64,000 nucleotides of DNA from the human T2T-CHM13v2.0 reference genome, Homo sapiens: assembly GCF_009914755.1 (NCBI RefSeq), contig NC_060926.1; one strand, 5' to 3'. The notes beneath the pieces are model-generated. The model made no database searches. It saw only the letters and a program-made list of their open reading frames with translations, and had not been told where the DNA came from. Shown in pieces: positions 14,271 to 27,734 of this stretch; the first letter of the stretch is position 1; each line of letters opens with the position of its first letter. The position numbers and the translations under genes were made by a program.

Positions 14271-15612
14271 TACATTTTTTTTTTTAGGCAGAATGTTTTG
14301 TGAGGTACTTCAATGGAAAGAATAAAAAGGCATTGCCCAATTAAGAGATAAAGAAAAAATATGAAAATAGAAAAAAAGAACTTGTAATAACAGGTTGAAA
14401 ATTCAAAACCAAAATATCGCATCATTACTTTGTAGAATTCTAAATGAGGTAAATAGCTGATATTTTGCCTGGCGTAGCATTAAAGCAGGTTTTTTTTTTC
14501 TTTCTTTTTATTTAATGATGCCACCATCCTATCCAACTTTTAGGGAAAAATATCTAATATGAACAGCCTATCATCCATGAGTTCTGGAAAACAAAACATA
14601 GCTATGAAATACTTTTTTTTTTATCTTGTGGAAAACAAAACATACCCTGAGGTTTCTATTACATCAGTTATCTGTCAAGCCTTATAAATATACTATCACT
14701 AAATTGTCTGTAAAGTCTCATTATTTGAGCAATTGCAAAATTGTATCAGAAATAAAACTCAAAGTCATTATAGGGATTATTATTTTGCATTTACATGAAA
14801 TGATCCTCTCCCTGAGGAGGTGGCTTTACCACAGGGATATTCAGAACTCACCAGTCAGAACACAGATACACAAGGAGACATTCCTTACAACTTCTTCTTG
14901 ATCAGAATTTACTGGAACTCTTGGCCAAGTATGTCTGAAGGGGACAGCTCTGACAGAATGGGAAGCTGGTGATGCTGTTCTCATGTTCCTTTCATTCTCT
15001 CTGTCTTTGTCATTTCCACTCTGCCTGGGGCTGCTTCCGTGGTCCATGGCAACGCTCTCTGTGAACTACAAATAAATCCCAATGTCTGCATTTTTTAAAA
15101 GTGTAGTGCCTTCATCATGTAGCAGAAGGAGAAATAATTCCATCTCCTTTGCACATCTGTCTTATAGGTATTTTGTGAAAGTGTCATGAGCTAATTCATG
15201 TAATAACACTTAGAATACACCCAATTGTAGCTATTTTTGCTGGTATCATTGTCATTTTCTGGATATAAAATGTAATGAATCTCTCAGTAATATTTTATTA
15301 TGTAATGGAAAGAACAAATTGTGGATTTGTCACTTATTAACTAGAAAGCCTAAGTCATTTAGCGTCTCTGAGCTTCTGGTTTCTAATTTATTTTTTAAAA
15401 GTGGGGGAATATCTATCTCTGGGAAATACTGGCTGAGTTAGCAATAATTTGTGCACCCAGCAGATGTGGCATGGAGTCAGAGCTCAAAGATTTATCAACC
15501 ATCTTTTTATTATTATTTTCTCCATTTTCAGCCGATCTTAAATAAGCTATAAAAGGCAACATTGATTTATAGAAGTTAAATGGATGTCTAAGAAAAGTCT
15601 GTATGCATGTAT

Positions 15613-16382
15613 TGCAAATCAAAACCACAATGAGATACCATCTTATACCAGTCAGAATGGCTATTAAAAAGCCATGAAAACAACAGATGCTAGAGAGGTT
15701 GTGGAGAAATAGGAACACGTTTACACTGTGGGTGGGAGTGTAAATTAGTTCAATCATTTTTGAACACAGTGTGGCGATTCCTCAAAGACTTAGACAGAAC
15801 TATCATTTGACTGAGCAATTCCATTACTGGGCGTATACCCAAAGGAATAGAAACCATTTTATGATAAAGATACATGCACATGTCTGTTCATTGCAGCACT
15901 ATTCTCTATAGCAAAGGCATGAAATCCACCTAAGTGCCCATCAATGATAGACTGGATAAAGAAAATGTGGTACATATATACCATGAAATACTATGCAGTC
16001 ATAAAAGTGAATGAGATCATGTGCTTTGCAGGGACATGGATGGAGCTGAAAGCCTTTATTCTCAGTAAATTAACACAGGAGGAGGAAACCAAATACTGCA
16101 TCTTCTCACTTAAAAGTGGGGGTCGACTGATGAGAACACATGAACATATCGGGGTGGGGAACAACACACACTGGGGCCTGTAGGAGGGTTGGGAGTGGGA
16201 GGAGGGAGAGCATCAGGAAGAATAGCTACTGGATGCTGGGCTTAAAAACTAAGTGATGGGATGATCTGTGCAGCAAACCACCATGGCACATGTTTCCCTA
16301 TGTAATAAACTTGCACATCTTGCACATGTACCCCTGAAATTAAAAGTTGGAAATAAAAAGAAAAGAAACTAAAGGGGAAAGA
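15613..16382 (+). mobile_element. 5'-truncated older L1PA 3' end (decayed ORF2 C-terminus plus 3' UTR)
   Basis: caaatcaaaaccacaatgagatacca; ORF2-like IDWIKKMWYIYTM; G-rich 3' UTR and A-rich tail. Candidate TSD 15590-15612 vs 16383-16405 (20/23 match). Confidence 0.93.
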
Positions 16383-16929
16383 AAGAAAAGTATAAATGCA
16401 TGTATGCAATGAACAAAAACAAAACAGAAGTAATAGCATGCCAGCACAAATTTCATTCAACCACCAAACTTCGAGTGGAGTAAGGAAATAGCACTGAGGT
16501 TCCTTCTCCCCAAAATAGGGCTGCTGTCTGAAAGTTTATTCTTAAAATTCACCATGTAACTGATGGATCTGCCCTGTGTGTAAATAAACCAAGAGATTCC
16601 TTGTGAATGTGGAACAGAAGAGCTCATGGACTCCCAGAAATCCTGTCAAGGTGATCCATGGGTAATCTCAGGGAATGCAGGGCTGGAAAATGATTGCAAA
16701 TTAGTAAACTAAAACCTAGTCAATTGAGCTGTGTCTTATGTGGAGAAAGCCTGTGTGCACAGAATGGGGATGGTCACCCTGAGACCTAAGGAGGACAGTG
16801 TGAGGACTCAGGGCCTGGCTCTGTGATTCCAGCACAGTCCAGAGGCGGCACAGACTAATGTGAGAAACACCAGCTTCCACTCTTGAGAGAGCTGCTGTCG
16901 GCAGGTGGGAGACCGGTGTTGGAGCACAG

Positions 16930-17130
16930 GAGACATTGGTGGTTATAGGCAAATGCTTTGGCATCTAAATCTGTGTGCAAATCCTGGCCTTTCCATTTGC
17001 AAATGATAAACCTTGAGAAGTTTCATCACCTTCCTGAATCTCAGTTATTGCTCCTGTACAATGCAGGAAATGTCACAATATTTTCCTAGCGTTATTCTCA
17101 GGATTAAGTGAGCTCATGAGTGAAACTCTA
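16930..17130 (+). mobile_element. MIR
   Basis: MIR core-like: aaatcctggc...ccttgagaagtt...ctgaatctcagtt...ctgtacaatg...aggattaagtgag. Confidence 0.65.
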
Positions 17131-17349
17131 CTTCAATGCTCCCATGGCCAGGGAAGGCATCCACGGATATAAGTTGCTCATCTGAGTCCCCAAACCACCA
17201 GTACATAATAAAGCAGCAACCTCAAACTCTAGCAGTGCCTCTAATTTAGGGATCTTATTTTTTAAAAAATAGTTTATCTCTGGAAAAGGCAACAGTGATT
17301 TAAAATAGAATTTTATTGTCCACTTTATAAATATTTTGGTATTGGGACT

Positions 17350-18270
17350 TTGCCTGTGAGAGGTAGAGACCTCTTAAAAGGTTTTAAGCAATAAAGTATG
17401 AATCATGGTACATATTATGTAAACATGTTTCTTGGAATAATAAGAAGAATGATAGGAATTAAGAGAGTGGATAGATTAGAAGCAGGGATCCAGTTTATGT
17501 CACCAGCCCCAAAGCCTAGGCAGAACCATGAGATCTCAAAATAAAACTGAGTCCGGCAGCATGAGGATAAAGCAGTTGAATGGAGAGATATGAAGAAGGT
17601 GAAATTGGTGGAAATTGTTAATTAAGAGTGAGGGAGGAAGTAAGAAAGAAATGAAGACTCTTATGCTTATGATCTCAGCAACTGAGTGTACAGGACAAGT
17701 CATTCACAGAGTTGAGTGACAGACAGGTGGGAAAGTTGACCCCTGAGAAAATGACTAGTGAAGGAGGTTGAACATCTTAGTTTAAGGTGCCTGATGACAT
17801 CCAAGGGAAGGATTTAGTAGACAGTCAAATAAATATATATTCATGAAGGAACATGTGTGTGTGTGTCTGTGTGTGTGTGTGTAGCAGCAAAGAAGGCAAA
17901 AGTAAAATGTAAAATGGTGCAACAAAGTGAAGGACATTAGGGGCCGACATGTTCCATGGAAACTAGCAATTTAATAAGAGAAGTCTCAGTGGACTGAAGG
18001 GGAAAAAGGCCAATTGTCGTAGGTTGAGGAGGAAAAGGGTGCAGAGGAAGATGAGATGACAGAATGCAGGCAATTATCTGAAGAAAATTTGGCTCTGAAG
18101 AGAAAAGAAGGGAAGTAACTAGATTGAGAGATAGGGTTGAGGATGACTACAGCATGCAAGCAGAAAGAGTGGGAGAAGTTGAAGGTACAACATAAAGAGA
18201 GAGCTTAATTGAAGGAGAAAGTGCCCTGAGAAGTCAGAAGATGAGATTCAGGATAAAATACTAGCCATGG
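17350..18270 (-). mobile_element. Degraded L2 fragment
   Basis: Purine-rich antisense L2-like motifs (ggttttaagca; tttaaggtgcct...gacatccaag; gaaaatttggctctgaagag). Boundaries approximate. Confidence 0.55.
17854..17882. repeat. (TG)n microsatellite
   Basis: Directly visible, one interruption. Confidence 0.9.
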
Positions 18271-18752
18271 ACAAGGGGAGGATTGCTCAAGCCAAGAGAA
18301 AGCAAATCACAGTGGGTTCGATGGTCTGACTTTGCAGATACCTTTGCTAGATTGCTATTTAATGTCGAGCTTATTCTCTACAAAACATTAAATCATTTTC
18401 CAACAGGGAAAACAAGAATTACACACACATACACAAGTCAATATATAAATCAATGTCACAAAATATTTTATGCAAGAAATTAAAATTAGAATAGAGAGGG
18501 AAAAGAGAATACAGAACATTTGGGAACATTTTTGAGAGGAAACTGGAGTTGAGTCTTGAGAAATTTGAAGAGTTGGAGAAGACAAACAGTTGGTGTGTTC
18601 CAGAGAGAGATATATATTTTGGAATCATCAAGATCTAAGTGGTGTTGAATCACAAGTATGGTGTATAGTCTAATAGTTTTGACTTTTAATCTACTTGCTT
18701 CCTGAATAAGACCAAAGGCAATCTAGAAATGTATAAATATATTTCTAGAAAA

Positions 18753-18851
18753 ATATATATATACATTATATATATATTCATTATATATATTTATTATATA
18801 TATATAAATTATATATATATCTATATATACACATTATATATATATATATAA
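18753..18851. repeat. (TA)n-rich low-complexity tract
   Basis: Directly visible. Confidence 0.9.
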
Positions 18852-19354
18852 TGGCACCACTAATTGTTTCTTTCTTTGTATTGAGGGAATGTTCTACAAA
18901 TTATGACTCCCAAAATCTTCATCTGTGGTATTTTTAAAATCAGTTTTACATCTCTAACGTCTTGAGGGTCATTTTAATTTCTTAGCAGTAAAGTGACATT
19001 GAGTAAACCTTGGCTGATTCATATACCAAGACCTGCTTTTGTTTTCTTGTATCTGTTTGTGAAAAGTCCTATGGTTTCAGATTTCTGGAGCATTTATAGA
19101 AAATAAAATAGTTTCTGAACATTTTAAATACATACTTTATTTGCCTTCACCCCTTGTTTCTTATGTTAGGAAATAAAAACAAGATTGCAGATGTGGTCCA
19201 GTCCCTCCCACCCACCCCTGTGTGGAGCACAGGGAGATGGATATTATCCTGGGGTAGACTGTATATTTGACCACTCAATGCCTGCATTTGCTTTGGTTGG
19301 CAGCCAAATGACCTTTAAGCTCATTTAAAGCTTCTTGTTACCTAAACTCCTCGG

Positions 19355-19388
<34 letters not shown>

Positions 19389-20809
19389 TGGAAGCCTTGA
19401 GAAAGAAAGCAAAAGAGAAATAATTGCTCCTTAAACAAAGCTAAGACAGAATTATCAGCAAGCATCAGTGCAGCATTGCAGACTTGAAGAGTTGCTTGCA
19501 GGCATCTTACTGGCCATTCCTCCTTTGCAGCCATAAGAAATGAAAAACATCATGTACCCCACTCAGGAGAAGGGGGTGTGGGGTCTCTTGAGGTTGATCC
19601 ACTCAGATTCACATAAGGACTTCAAAGGGAACTGAGTTCTTGAATTCTTCCTATAATTTTCTGTTTGTCTGCCATATATATAACGTTTTATTTGCTGCTT
19701 CTGAGTGACTGAAAGAGGAAAGGACACAAAAGAGGGGAAAAAAACCCACTGTAATTTTTAATAGTTAAGTCACCCAAATTATATACTAAAATAAGCTTAC
19801 CAAGCAGCAGTTAACCAAAATTCGTTGATGAAAATGAATGGCAGTCTGTGACATTTCATCAAACCTGAATGATACCCCGCCCCCACCACTCTGCCACTCT
19901 AAATTTGGTGAAATACCAAAATTCAGATATTTAAACTTAGAGAAGACCACATTGACTAATTCTGTACCATACCCTTGCTCTTGAGAATATTTAATTTTTT
20001 TCTTGCCACATGCGTTTTATTATTTTTGGTCATACTAAAGTATTTTTTAAGGATCATATGCCTATTCCATGTGCCCTTGTAGACTCCATAAATGGGAATG
20101 TCTGGCTGCTCTGCTCATGCATTCCTGGTGTGGGGTGCCGTTTCTTGTTCTCCTTTTATATATTGTTTGTATGTCATATTTTTATTTCAAACTTCAGTGA
20201 GAATTTCCATAAGTATGTATTGAGTTTCTACTATGTACAAGTTGGTGTGTTCATTGTTTTGTATGCATTATTCCCTTTGATTAATACAACAATATTGAAT
20301 TATTGTTATTATTATAACCATTTAAAACATAAGAAAGCTGATCCCCAGAGTGACCTCACTGATGTTATACAACTAGGGTGTTGAGGTACATGGATTCAAC
20401 TCATGTCGTCTGATCCCAGCGACAGGCTTTCTTACTACATACAACACAATCATCTCTCAACTGTACTTAGGAAGGGCCTTGTGCATTGTTCCAAAGGAAG
20501 TGAAAGTTTGCAGAATCCTTACCCTTGGCATGAAGAAAGCAAATCTACAGCTGTAGACTCCTTGCCTATCAATAGGTACCACCATCATTTGCATCATTTT
20601 ATTGTGACTAAAACCCACCATGACGATCACCACTACCATCACCACCAATTGTCCTACCCATTGTTTTGAAGTGCTGGAATGGTACCTGTCACTCACAAAT
20701 TTAATTAAATCCGATCATATTCCTAATATGACCTTAAAAGCAGGAATAAATACACAAATTCCCCTTGATGGTTCCATTGCCTATAGGCTCAACACAGCCT
20801 TCATCTGCA

Positions 20810-21135
20810 GTTTATTGGTCCAGTCAGTGTGGGTTCCCATTATAATTTTTTAAAGAAATTTAAAATTCACTGCCAATATTCAAAAACTGAAAATTTTTAC
20901 ATTAAGATTCTAGCCTGGCTCTTTGGTCTCATATTACAGAATAGCATAATTTCCTGTTGCTAGTGAGTACTACAGGCCTGTTTTAGTTGGGACAGCTATT
21001 TTATACTTATCTCTCTTTCCCCCTGACAAGAGATTGTGTGTCAATTTCCATTTATTACTAACACAAAGCTGGATTCGCATGCTTTTTGACTTGCTTGGCC
21101 CCTGTAGGCATTTAAATTTGTGTCTGTTTCTGTTG
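20810..21135 (-). mobile_element. hAT-Charlie DNA transposon relic (MER102/MER113-like)
   Basis: aaaattcactgccaatatt...; ggcccctgtaggcatttaaatttg resembles the family terminus. Recall-based. Confidence 0.5.
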
Positions 21136-23089
21136 CATTAAACAGCTTTAGAGAGCAATTTACTTTAAGTTTTCAGGTAAAAATATTCTTAGTAATGTGC
21201 TTTGCATCATCAAACTAAATACAATTTCTTTCCTCTGTTATTTGGAAGATAATTTTATTCTTAGAGTGCTATTTTTAGATCCCAACACTTTGACACAAAA
21301 ACATCAAACTTTTGTGGAAAAGATGCCAGAATGTGTATGAAAGGCAGTCGTTGGCATTGATGGGCAGACTTTAGAAACTACCATTTTCACCTTGAAAATG
21401 GAAATGGAGAGACATACAATTCTATAGCAGTACAGAATTTCTTCAGGAGAGGATATGGGTTTGGTCTTCATTCCACTTCGGCTGTTTGGAATTTGCTTTG
21501 AAATCTCTGCCTGAAAAGATACCGGAATGTGGAGATTGAAATTCATCCCTGTGTCTATGCAACATTCATAGATGTACTTTCAAGCTGAGACAAAAGCCTT
21601 ATTCTATATCCTTTGAATGGCCTCTAAGTACAGGTATTCGAATTGTAGATATTGTATGGTATATTTCTTTACATTTTCCTTTTGATCTGTAGGAATATAT
21701 GTACAGGTGAATATTTGACTTATTCATAATCAAGATGAATTAATATGTTTTTCTCCGTTTTCATGAGTTGGATAATAAATCTGAAAATTTAATTTTCTAC
21801 ATGTGGTGTGTAATATAAGCTCTCCAATACAAAATCATAGGTGGATGCATAAAAAGATAAATTGACTTGCCTGGGGCCACAGAGTAGTTCAGGAACAAAG
21901 ATTAGAACTAAAATAAGTGTCACTGCCACCATTTTTGAGCATTTACCGTAGATCAGGCACCATGCTAAGTGACTACATAATCTCTTTTAAACCCATCAGT
22001 CACTGTGATGTAGATATTATCTCCATTTTAAAATTGAGCACACTGAAGATCTCAGAAATGAAATTATTTGCCCAGTCTAACACAGCTAGGACCTGGGGAC
22101 TGAGATTCCAGAGCACAGCTGTATACTTCTAAAACTATGTCCTTAAAGACCTGGGGTAGATACTGGGGATACCAAGAATGTGGCATTGTCCCTGTCTCTT
22201 CTGTGGTGTGAGGTGTGACTTTAGGCCAGCTATCTAATATCTCTGAGCCTCAGTTTCCTCATTTGAAATGGGCATAATGACACCTACAGCATAGGAATTT
22301 TTTGGGGGGAAAAATACCTATCCCCTAGTTTATTTCTGCTCAAAACCATTGTACACTCAATGCTAGTTTCCTACATCTAATTTTTCCTTCTCAGCCAAAT
22401 GATGTGGCCCTTACCATGAGTCCAAAAACACCACCTTAAACAAAAGGGGAAAATATCCAATGGCTTATCCTATTCTTTCTAAACTTTATCCAAAGGTGAT
22501 TAGTCAATATTTTATTTGCATGGTTAACAAAAACAAAGCCAGAGTCACTAGCTACCGAGATCTTTAAGAACAAAATGAAAAGCAACGAAGCAGTAACTAT
22601 AAAGCACCTCGAGTTAAAAGGTGGTTAAAAAAAAATCTAAAGTTGATTAAAACCTGTTGGCAGGTGGCTGAAACAAGTCCTTGGAGTGATTTTTGAGTGG
22701 AATTTGTGATGGCTGTTTCAAGTTAGTTGCTGAGATAGCCGATCTCTTTATGGGAATGAGAGGTGAGGTTTAATGTCACATTAGCACACATTGAGCTGGT
22801 GGGCTGCTCTTAGCCACCAAAAGCAGCATCTTTGTAAACTATCCATTTCTACAAGCACACGTGGGGAAGATGTAAAATTCACTTGTTTTTGGAAGCCAGT
22901 CATGGGTTTTGTAATTAACATTCCTTCCCTTCACATACACTTAGGCGATGAAAGGCCTTCTGTTTTCCCCCTCTCTGCCCCTACCCTGCTGCAACTGGCC
23001 AAATCACTTCTGAAAAGAGGGGTCATGGAAAAGAGTCCCTAGATTATCCACATTTTGTCCTCTTTTTTTCTTAAATTTATGTTTTGCAG

Positions 23090-23217
23090 GACAAATGATA
23101 CTGGCTTTCTTTCCTTCAAAGACCACTTGCCTGTCACTCAGATAGTTATCACTGATACCGACAGATCAAACTCAGAAGCCGCTTGGAGAATTGGTCCCTT
23201 GCGTTGCTATGGTGACC
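23090..23217 (+). CDS. CNTNAP5: CNTNAP5 coding exon (~exon 15, 128 nt), end of fibrinogen-like domain
   Basis: Acceptor gttttgcag|G completes the TG|G Trp codon; donor C|gtgagt. Encodes [42 protein letters not shown]. Phase 2 to 1. Confidence 0.95.
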
Positions 23218-23375
23218 GTGAGTACAAAATCGAAAGAAGCTTTCTCTCTGCATTACATGAGCACAAGATGTTCTTACTCCCTTATCCCTTTTCCCTGCAG
23301 TGTGCCCTAGTCTTGAAAATTATCCACATGTCCAGTGCTTTCCCATACCCCACTGAAAACGATAAACCATGTTGA

Positions 23376-23582
<207 letters not shown>

Positions 23583-25091
23583 TGAATTTAATGTAACTGA
23601 TCAACAAACAAGTTTTAGTCTTGTTTTTGCCACCAGTCACTAGTGGGCATTTGTACCAGCAAATTAATCTCACTGGACATCTGTAAAATTAGCAGTGATA
23701 ATGTCTAGTTCCTTCTGATGCTTTATGATTTTTTATGACCTGTCAGTATTTAATCAGTCATTCTCTTATCAAAACATGGATATTCCGAAAATTCCCATAG
23801 ACACCTATTACAGTTTCCAAAGGTATTTCTTACCTGTGACTTTAATCTTCCACACTACAGGACTTTATTCATGACACTTTCCATGCAAAGCTGAAAAGAG
23901 GATTATTATGCATTCTATTCATATTTAGGGTCTACTTTTTTGCTTTGCCTTTGTTCCAAAAGTAATTTCCTGACTTATTTCCCACACTAGGAGCGTGTGA
24001 CTATCCAATCAGAATTCCCATGGTTTCTCTGCCACTTCCCCATGGACAGTGGCGTATCTAATAAACTTGATGCCAGGATGTGGATCACCTTTTAGCACTG
24101 CATATCCTACATATAAACTATATTCAGTAATAATCATGATATGTGAAGAAAAATAATGGGAATACAGATGGTGACATTTCCTATAATTAAACATTTTGTA
24201 TATAATCATACTAATGAAACAATATTCCAATACTAATAAAATACAATTTAAAAAAATTACATCAAGTGGTATTTTTAATAAAAAGGGAAAAAGCATACCT
24301 ATATATTGCTCTGTTGCGATCATAGTAACATTAAAATTTATGTTTCTGAGTCTCTACTTCTCGAAATTTGACAGTGACTTCATAAAATTTAAGTTTTTTC
24401 ATATGTTCATGTTCAAAAGAGAGTGTGCTCATGTCCATTTATCTTATATTGAGAAAATAATACTTTCTATTAATTTTAGTTTGTTTCATATGAAGAAAGA
24501 GCTATACAAATAGATAAGGTTTTAAACTTCCTATTTGTTAAAAATTCATAAAAATTTCATTTTATACTAAATTATGTAAATTCTGGTACTGTTAATGTTT
24601 TTACTTCAGGATTGATTCTAGAAACTTCTACATGTCTCTGCAAGCAAAAAAATTCTACTACAATAATTTCAACAGAAAATTAATGATAAATTTCTATTTT
24701 ATTAGGTAAAAAGTTACCATATTCCTAAGAATTTGAAGTTGCTTGGGTTCTAGTAGGATGCAAATTTTGTCTCAAACCTCTGTGGTTCCATACATTCATG
24801 TATTCAACATTAGATTTGAGTCAAACAAAGCTAGCACAGTAATTATACAGATGAAAAATGAGAACTTGAGTTCTTATTCTTAAAAATAAACAATTAGATT
24901 TGAGTCTGTATTTTTAGAAGACAATGGTAAATCTAGAGTTCTATGTATTAACTTTCCCTCAGAATATAATATTTATTAAGTGGAAAGAGAGAAAACATAC
25001 TAATTTGAAGTTTATATATACATTGTTAAAAATTAACAGTAGTGTCATACAAACAAAATATATTTGTTTATTTTTAAGAGTAAGAACTTAA

Positions 25092-25408
25092 GTCAAGGCG
25101 CAGTGGCTCACACCTGTAATCCTAGCACTTTGGGAGGCCTAAGCAGGAGGATTACTTGAGGTCAGGAGTTCGAGACCAGCATGCCCAATATGGTGAAACC
25201 CCGTCGCCACTAAAAATACAAAAATTATCCACGTGTGGTGCCAGGTGCCTGTAATCCCAGCTGCTCAGGAGGCTGAGGCAGGAGAATCTCTTGAACCCCA
25301 CTGGCAGAGGTTGCAGTAAGCCAAGATTGCACTACTGCACCCCAGCCTGGGTAACAAGAGTGAAACTTTGTCTCAGAAAAAAAAAATAGGTTAAAAAAAA
25401 TAAAAATA
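25092..25408 (+). mobile_element. AluS (Sq-like), sense
   Basis: gcagtggctcacacctgtaatcc...gaggtcaggagttcgagacc...gggtaacaagagtgaaact followed by A-rich tail. Confidence 0.95.
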
Positions 25409-27079
25409 AACAGTAGCTTCAGCATCTATTGAAACAGACCAACAAACGATTTGTTTGGTGAAGGGATGTTTTATCACTAACATTGCTTAGAATTACTTGT
25501 GTATGGTAATAATTTTTAAAAAGATGTATTTTTAGTGACGTTTGCTATTTTTTTGGTTCTCTACATGCAGCACACTTTTTATTGCTTATAGATGGGGTAG
25601 GCTGTACCCACCACCTTGCCCTTGTTATTACCATGACCATAAAGACTCAGGCTTGTCATTAGGTGCCCTATGTATGTGTGTCTAAATGAATGTTTTTCTG
25701 TAGTTTGATTGAGGCAATTGACCATATCACTATAATGATGTGACTGCATGAAATACCCTTGAAAGCATAAGTCATGTCTTAGCAACAGAAATTGGAAACT
25801 TGAGAGCTCCAGAAAAGGAGACAAAAAAAAAAAAATGACTGGAGGAGATGACAGAGGTGTTTAAGTCTCCTGCAAATTACCAAGCAGCTAAGTGTTTCTT
25901 TTGCAGTTACCACACAATACATACAAGGAAAAAGATCTTCTTAATTGGTAGTTTTAACCTCCTTTTGCTCCAACTATTGAGACTATTAATGGGAGGAAGC
26001 TCTTGTGGCTTTGGTGTGAAACAAGATCCCTCATACCTAACATGGCCAGTCTCTAAAAATGTTGAGTTGAATGCCAACAATTTCATAATATGGATATAAT
26101 AACTTCAATGTAAATTTAATAAAAATCAGGCCCCATGGCCTTTTGATTCATTAAAGCAGCAGCAAACGTATATTATTACAAAGTAATGACTGATGATTTA
26201 GTGTTAATTACGTATCAATGTCCAGTTTGTTTGCACTTTGTGGTACTGTATTTTAGAATTACATTTGACAAAAATCAAAACCCACTGAAGTAATTGCTTG
26301 GTATATAATATATCACCAGATTGGAGAACATATACTCTCCAAGACAAGATTTTATATAAAAACATTGAAAAGTTCAAGATCTTATACTCTCAAATATTTG
26401 TTATTATTAATATTTAAAAGGGGAAAAGACCAAAGTGGGATGGAAACATCTTGTATTCTTTATTTACAGCTACACTCATATTACGCATTTTAGGCAGATG
26501 GAATTTTTACCCTAAAGGGTTCATGGCAAGAAACCTCTATAGACCAGGCACTTGGAAAGGAAATGGCCTTTTAACAGATGCAGTGGCTCAGAATAGATTT
26601 CCCTCTCATCCGCAAGGAGTGTTCCTCTAAAACTATCTGAGCAGCAGTTTCCAAGGTTGATATATCCGAATTATTGGACAGGGAACAGTAGATTCCCATG
26701 AAATTTTCAGTCCATTTCCTTCCAGCCTGCTTTCAAAGATATTTGAATTTCGTAGCCCATACTCTATGAAAAAGAAGACACGCCACTATGTTCACAAGTC
26801 TTAGTGAATGTGTTTTAGTGGGCCTGTGAAAACGATAACTATTTTGATACCTATCTCACAATGGCTGTACAGGTAGAAATTGATATTTTAGAGTAGATGA
26901 GATCAGAAGGAAATGGCTTTTGAGAGTCAGTCTGGCATAGTGGAAAGAAGCTAGACTAGAACCCAATGTGGATTTGAACTTTTGTTCTTCCAAGTGGGTT
27001 TGTGAGCTGCCTTGAGCAAGTTCTTCTCCCTTCCTATGCTTATTTATGCAACATGGGGTTGGTGACATCCATATGCCAC

Positions 27080-27600
27080 CCAGATGCCTTTGGCTGCAAA
27101 TAACAGAAAATTCAATCTGAACTGGCAACCACAAGAATGGGAATTCACTGGTACTGGAGCATGTGACTAAGCCCAGAGGAGGTAGGACTGGCTTCGTTTA
27201 TGGTTGTTTTCAGTAGTTTAACAAAGTTGTCAGTCATCTGATGGTTTTCTCTCTCTGTTATGAATGTTGAATGTCTACTTCGGTCTAAGGCTGGCTCTCC
27301 ATCATGGTGGAGCTGCATCCCAGCTGGTGAAGAATCCCTGCTTTCCAGCCTTACGAGCAATCCTCCTGAGAGGCCACTCACTTGGCCCCCAAGAACCAAT
27401 GTGTGTGACTGGGAACGTATACATTGCAGATTGATTTATACCAGGGCCTACCCCCACACCAGAGAGTGGGCTAGCTTCCCCTGAAGCCCATGGGAATGGG
27501 AAAGAGGGAAGAGTCTCCCAAAGTGAACTCAGTATTATTAGAAAGAAGGTAGTCGTCAGGGAGACAATCAATGAGGATTCTTCTAAGGCAGTTGTCAGAA
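27080..27600 (-). mobile_element. Old MLT1-family LTR
   Basis: ctttggctgcaaataacagaaaa...aactggc and cattgcagattg are MLT1J/K-like motifs. Approximate. Confidence 0.55.
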
Positions 27601-27685
27601 CTGAAATGTGTAATTTATTTTTAAAAATACCTTGCAGAAATTTGCTGAGCTGCTCAGGGGAAAAACTGTACATATATATACTGTA

Positions 27686-27690
<5 letters not shown>

Positions 27691-27730
<40 letters not shown>
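27691..27730. repeat. (GT)20 microsatellite
   Basis: Directly visible. Confidence 0.97.

Positions 27731-27734
<4 letters not shown>

Noticed and set aside
15944-16183. ORF resembling the L1 ORF2 C-terminus
   Set aside because: Decayed 5'-truncated L1 fragment; not an intact ORF.
23044-23328. TTATCCACA (bacterial DnaA-box sequence) occurring twice
   Set aside because: Primate intron; a chance 9-mer with no relevance to bacterial replication.
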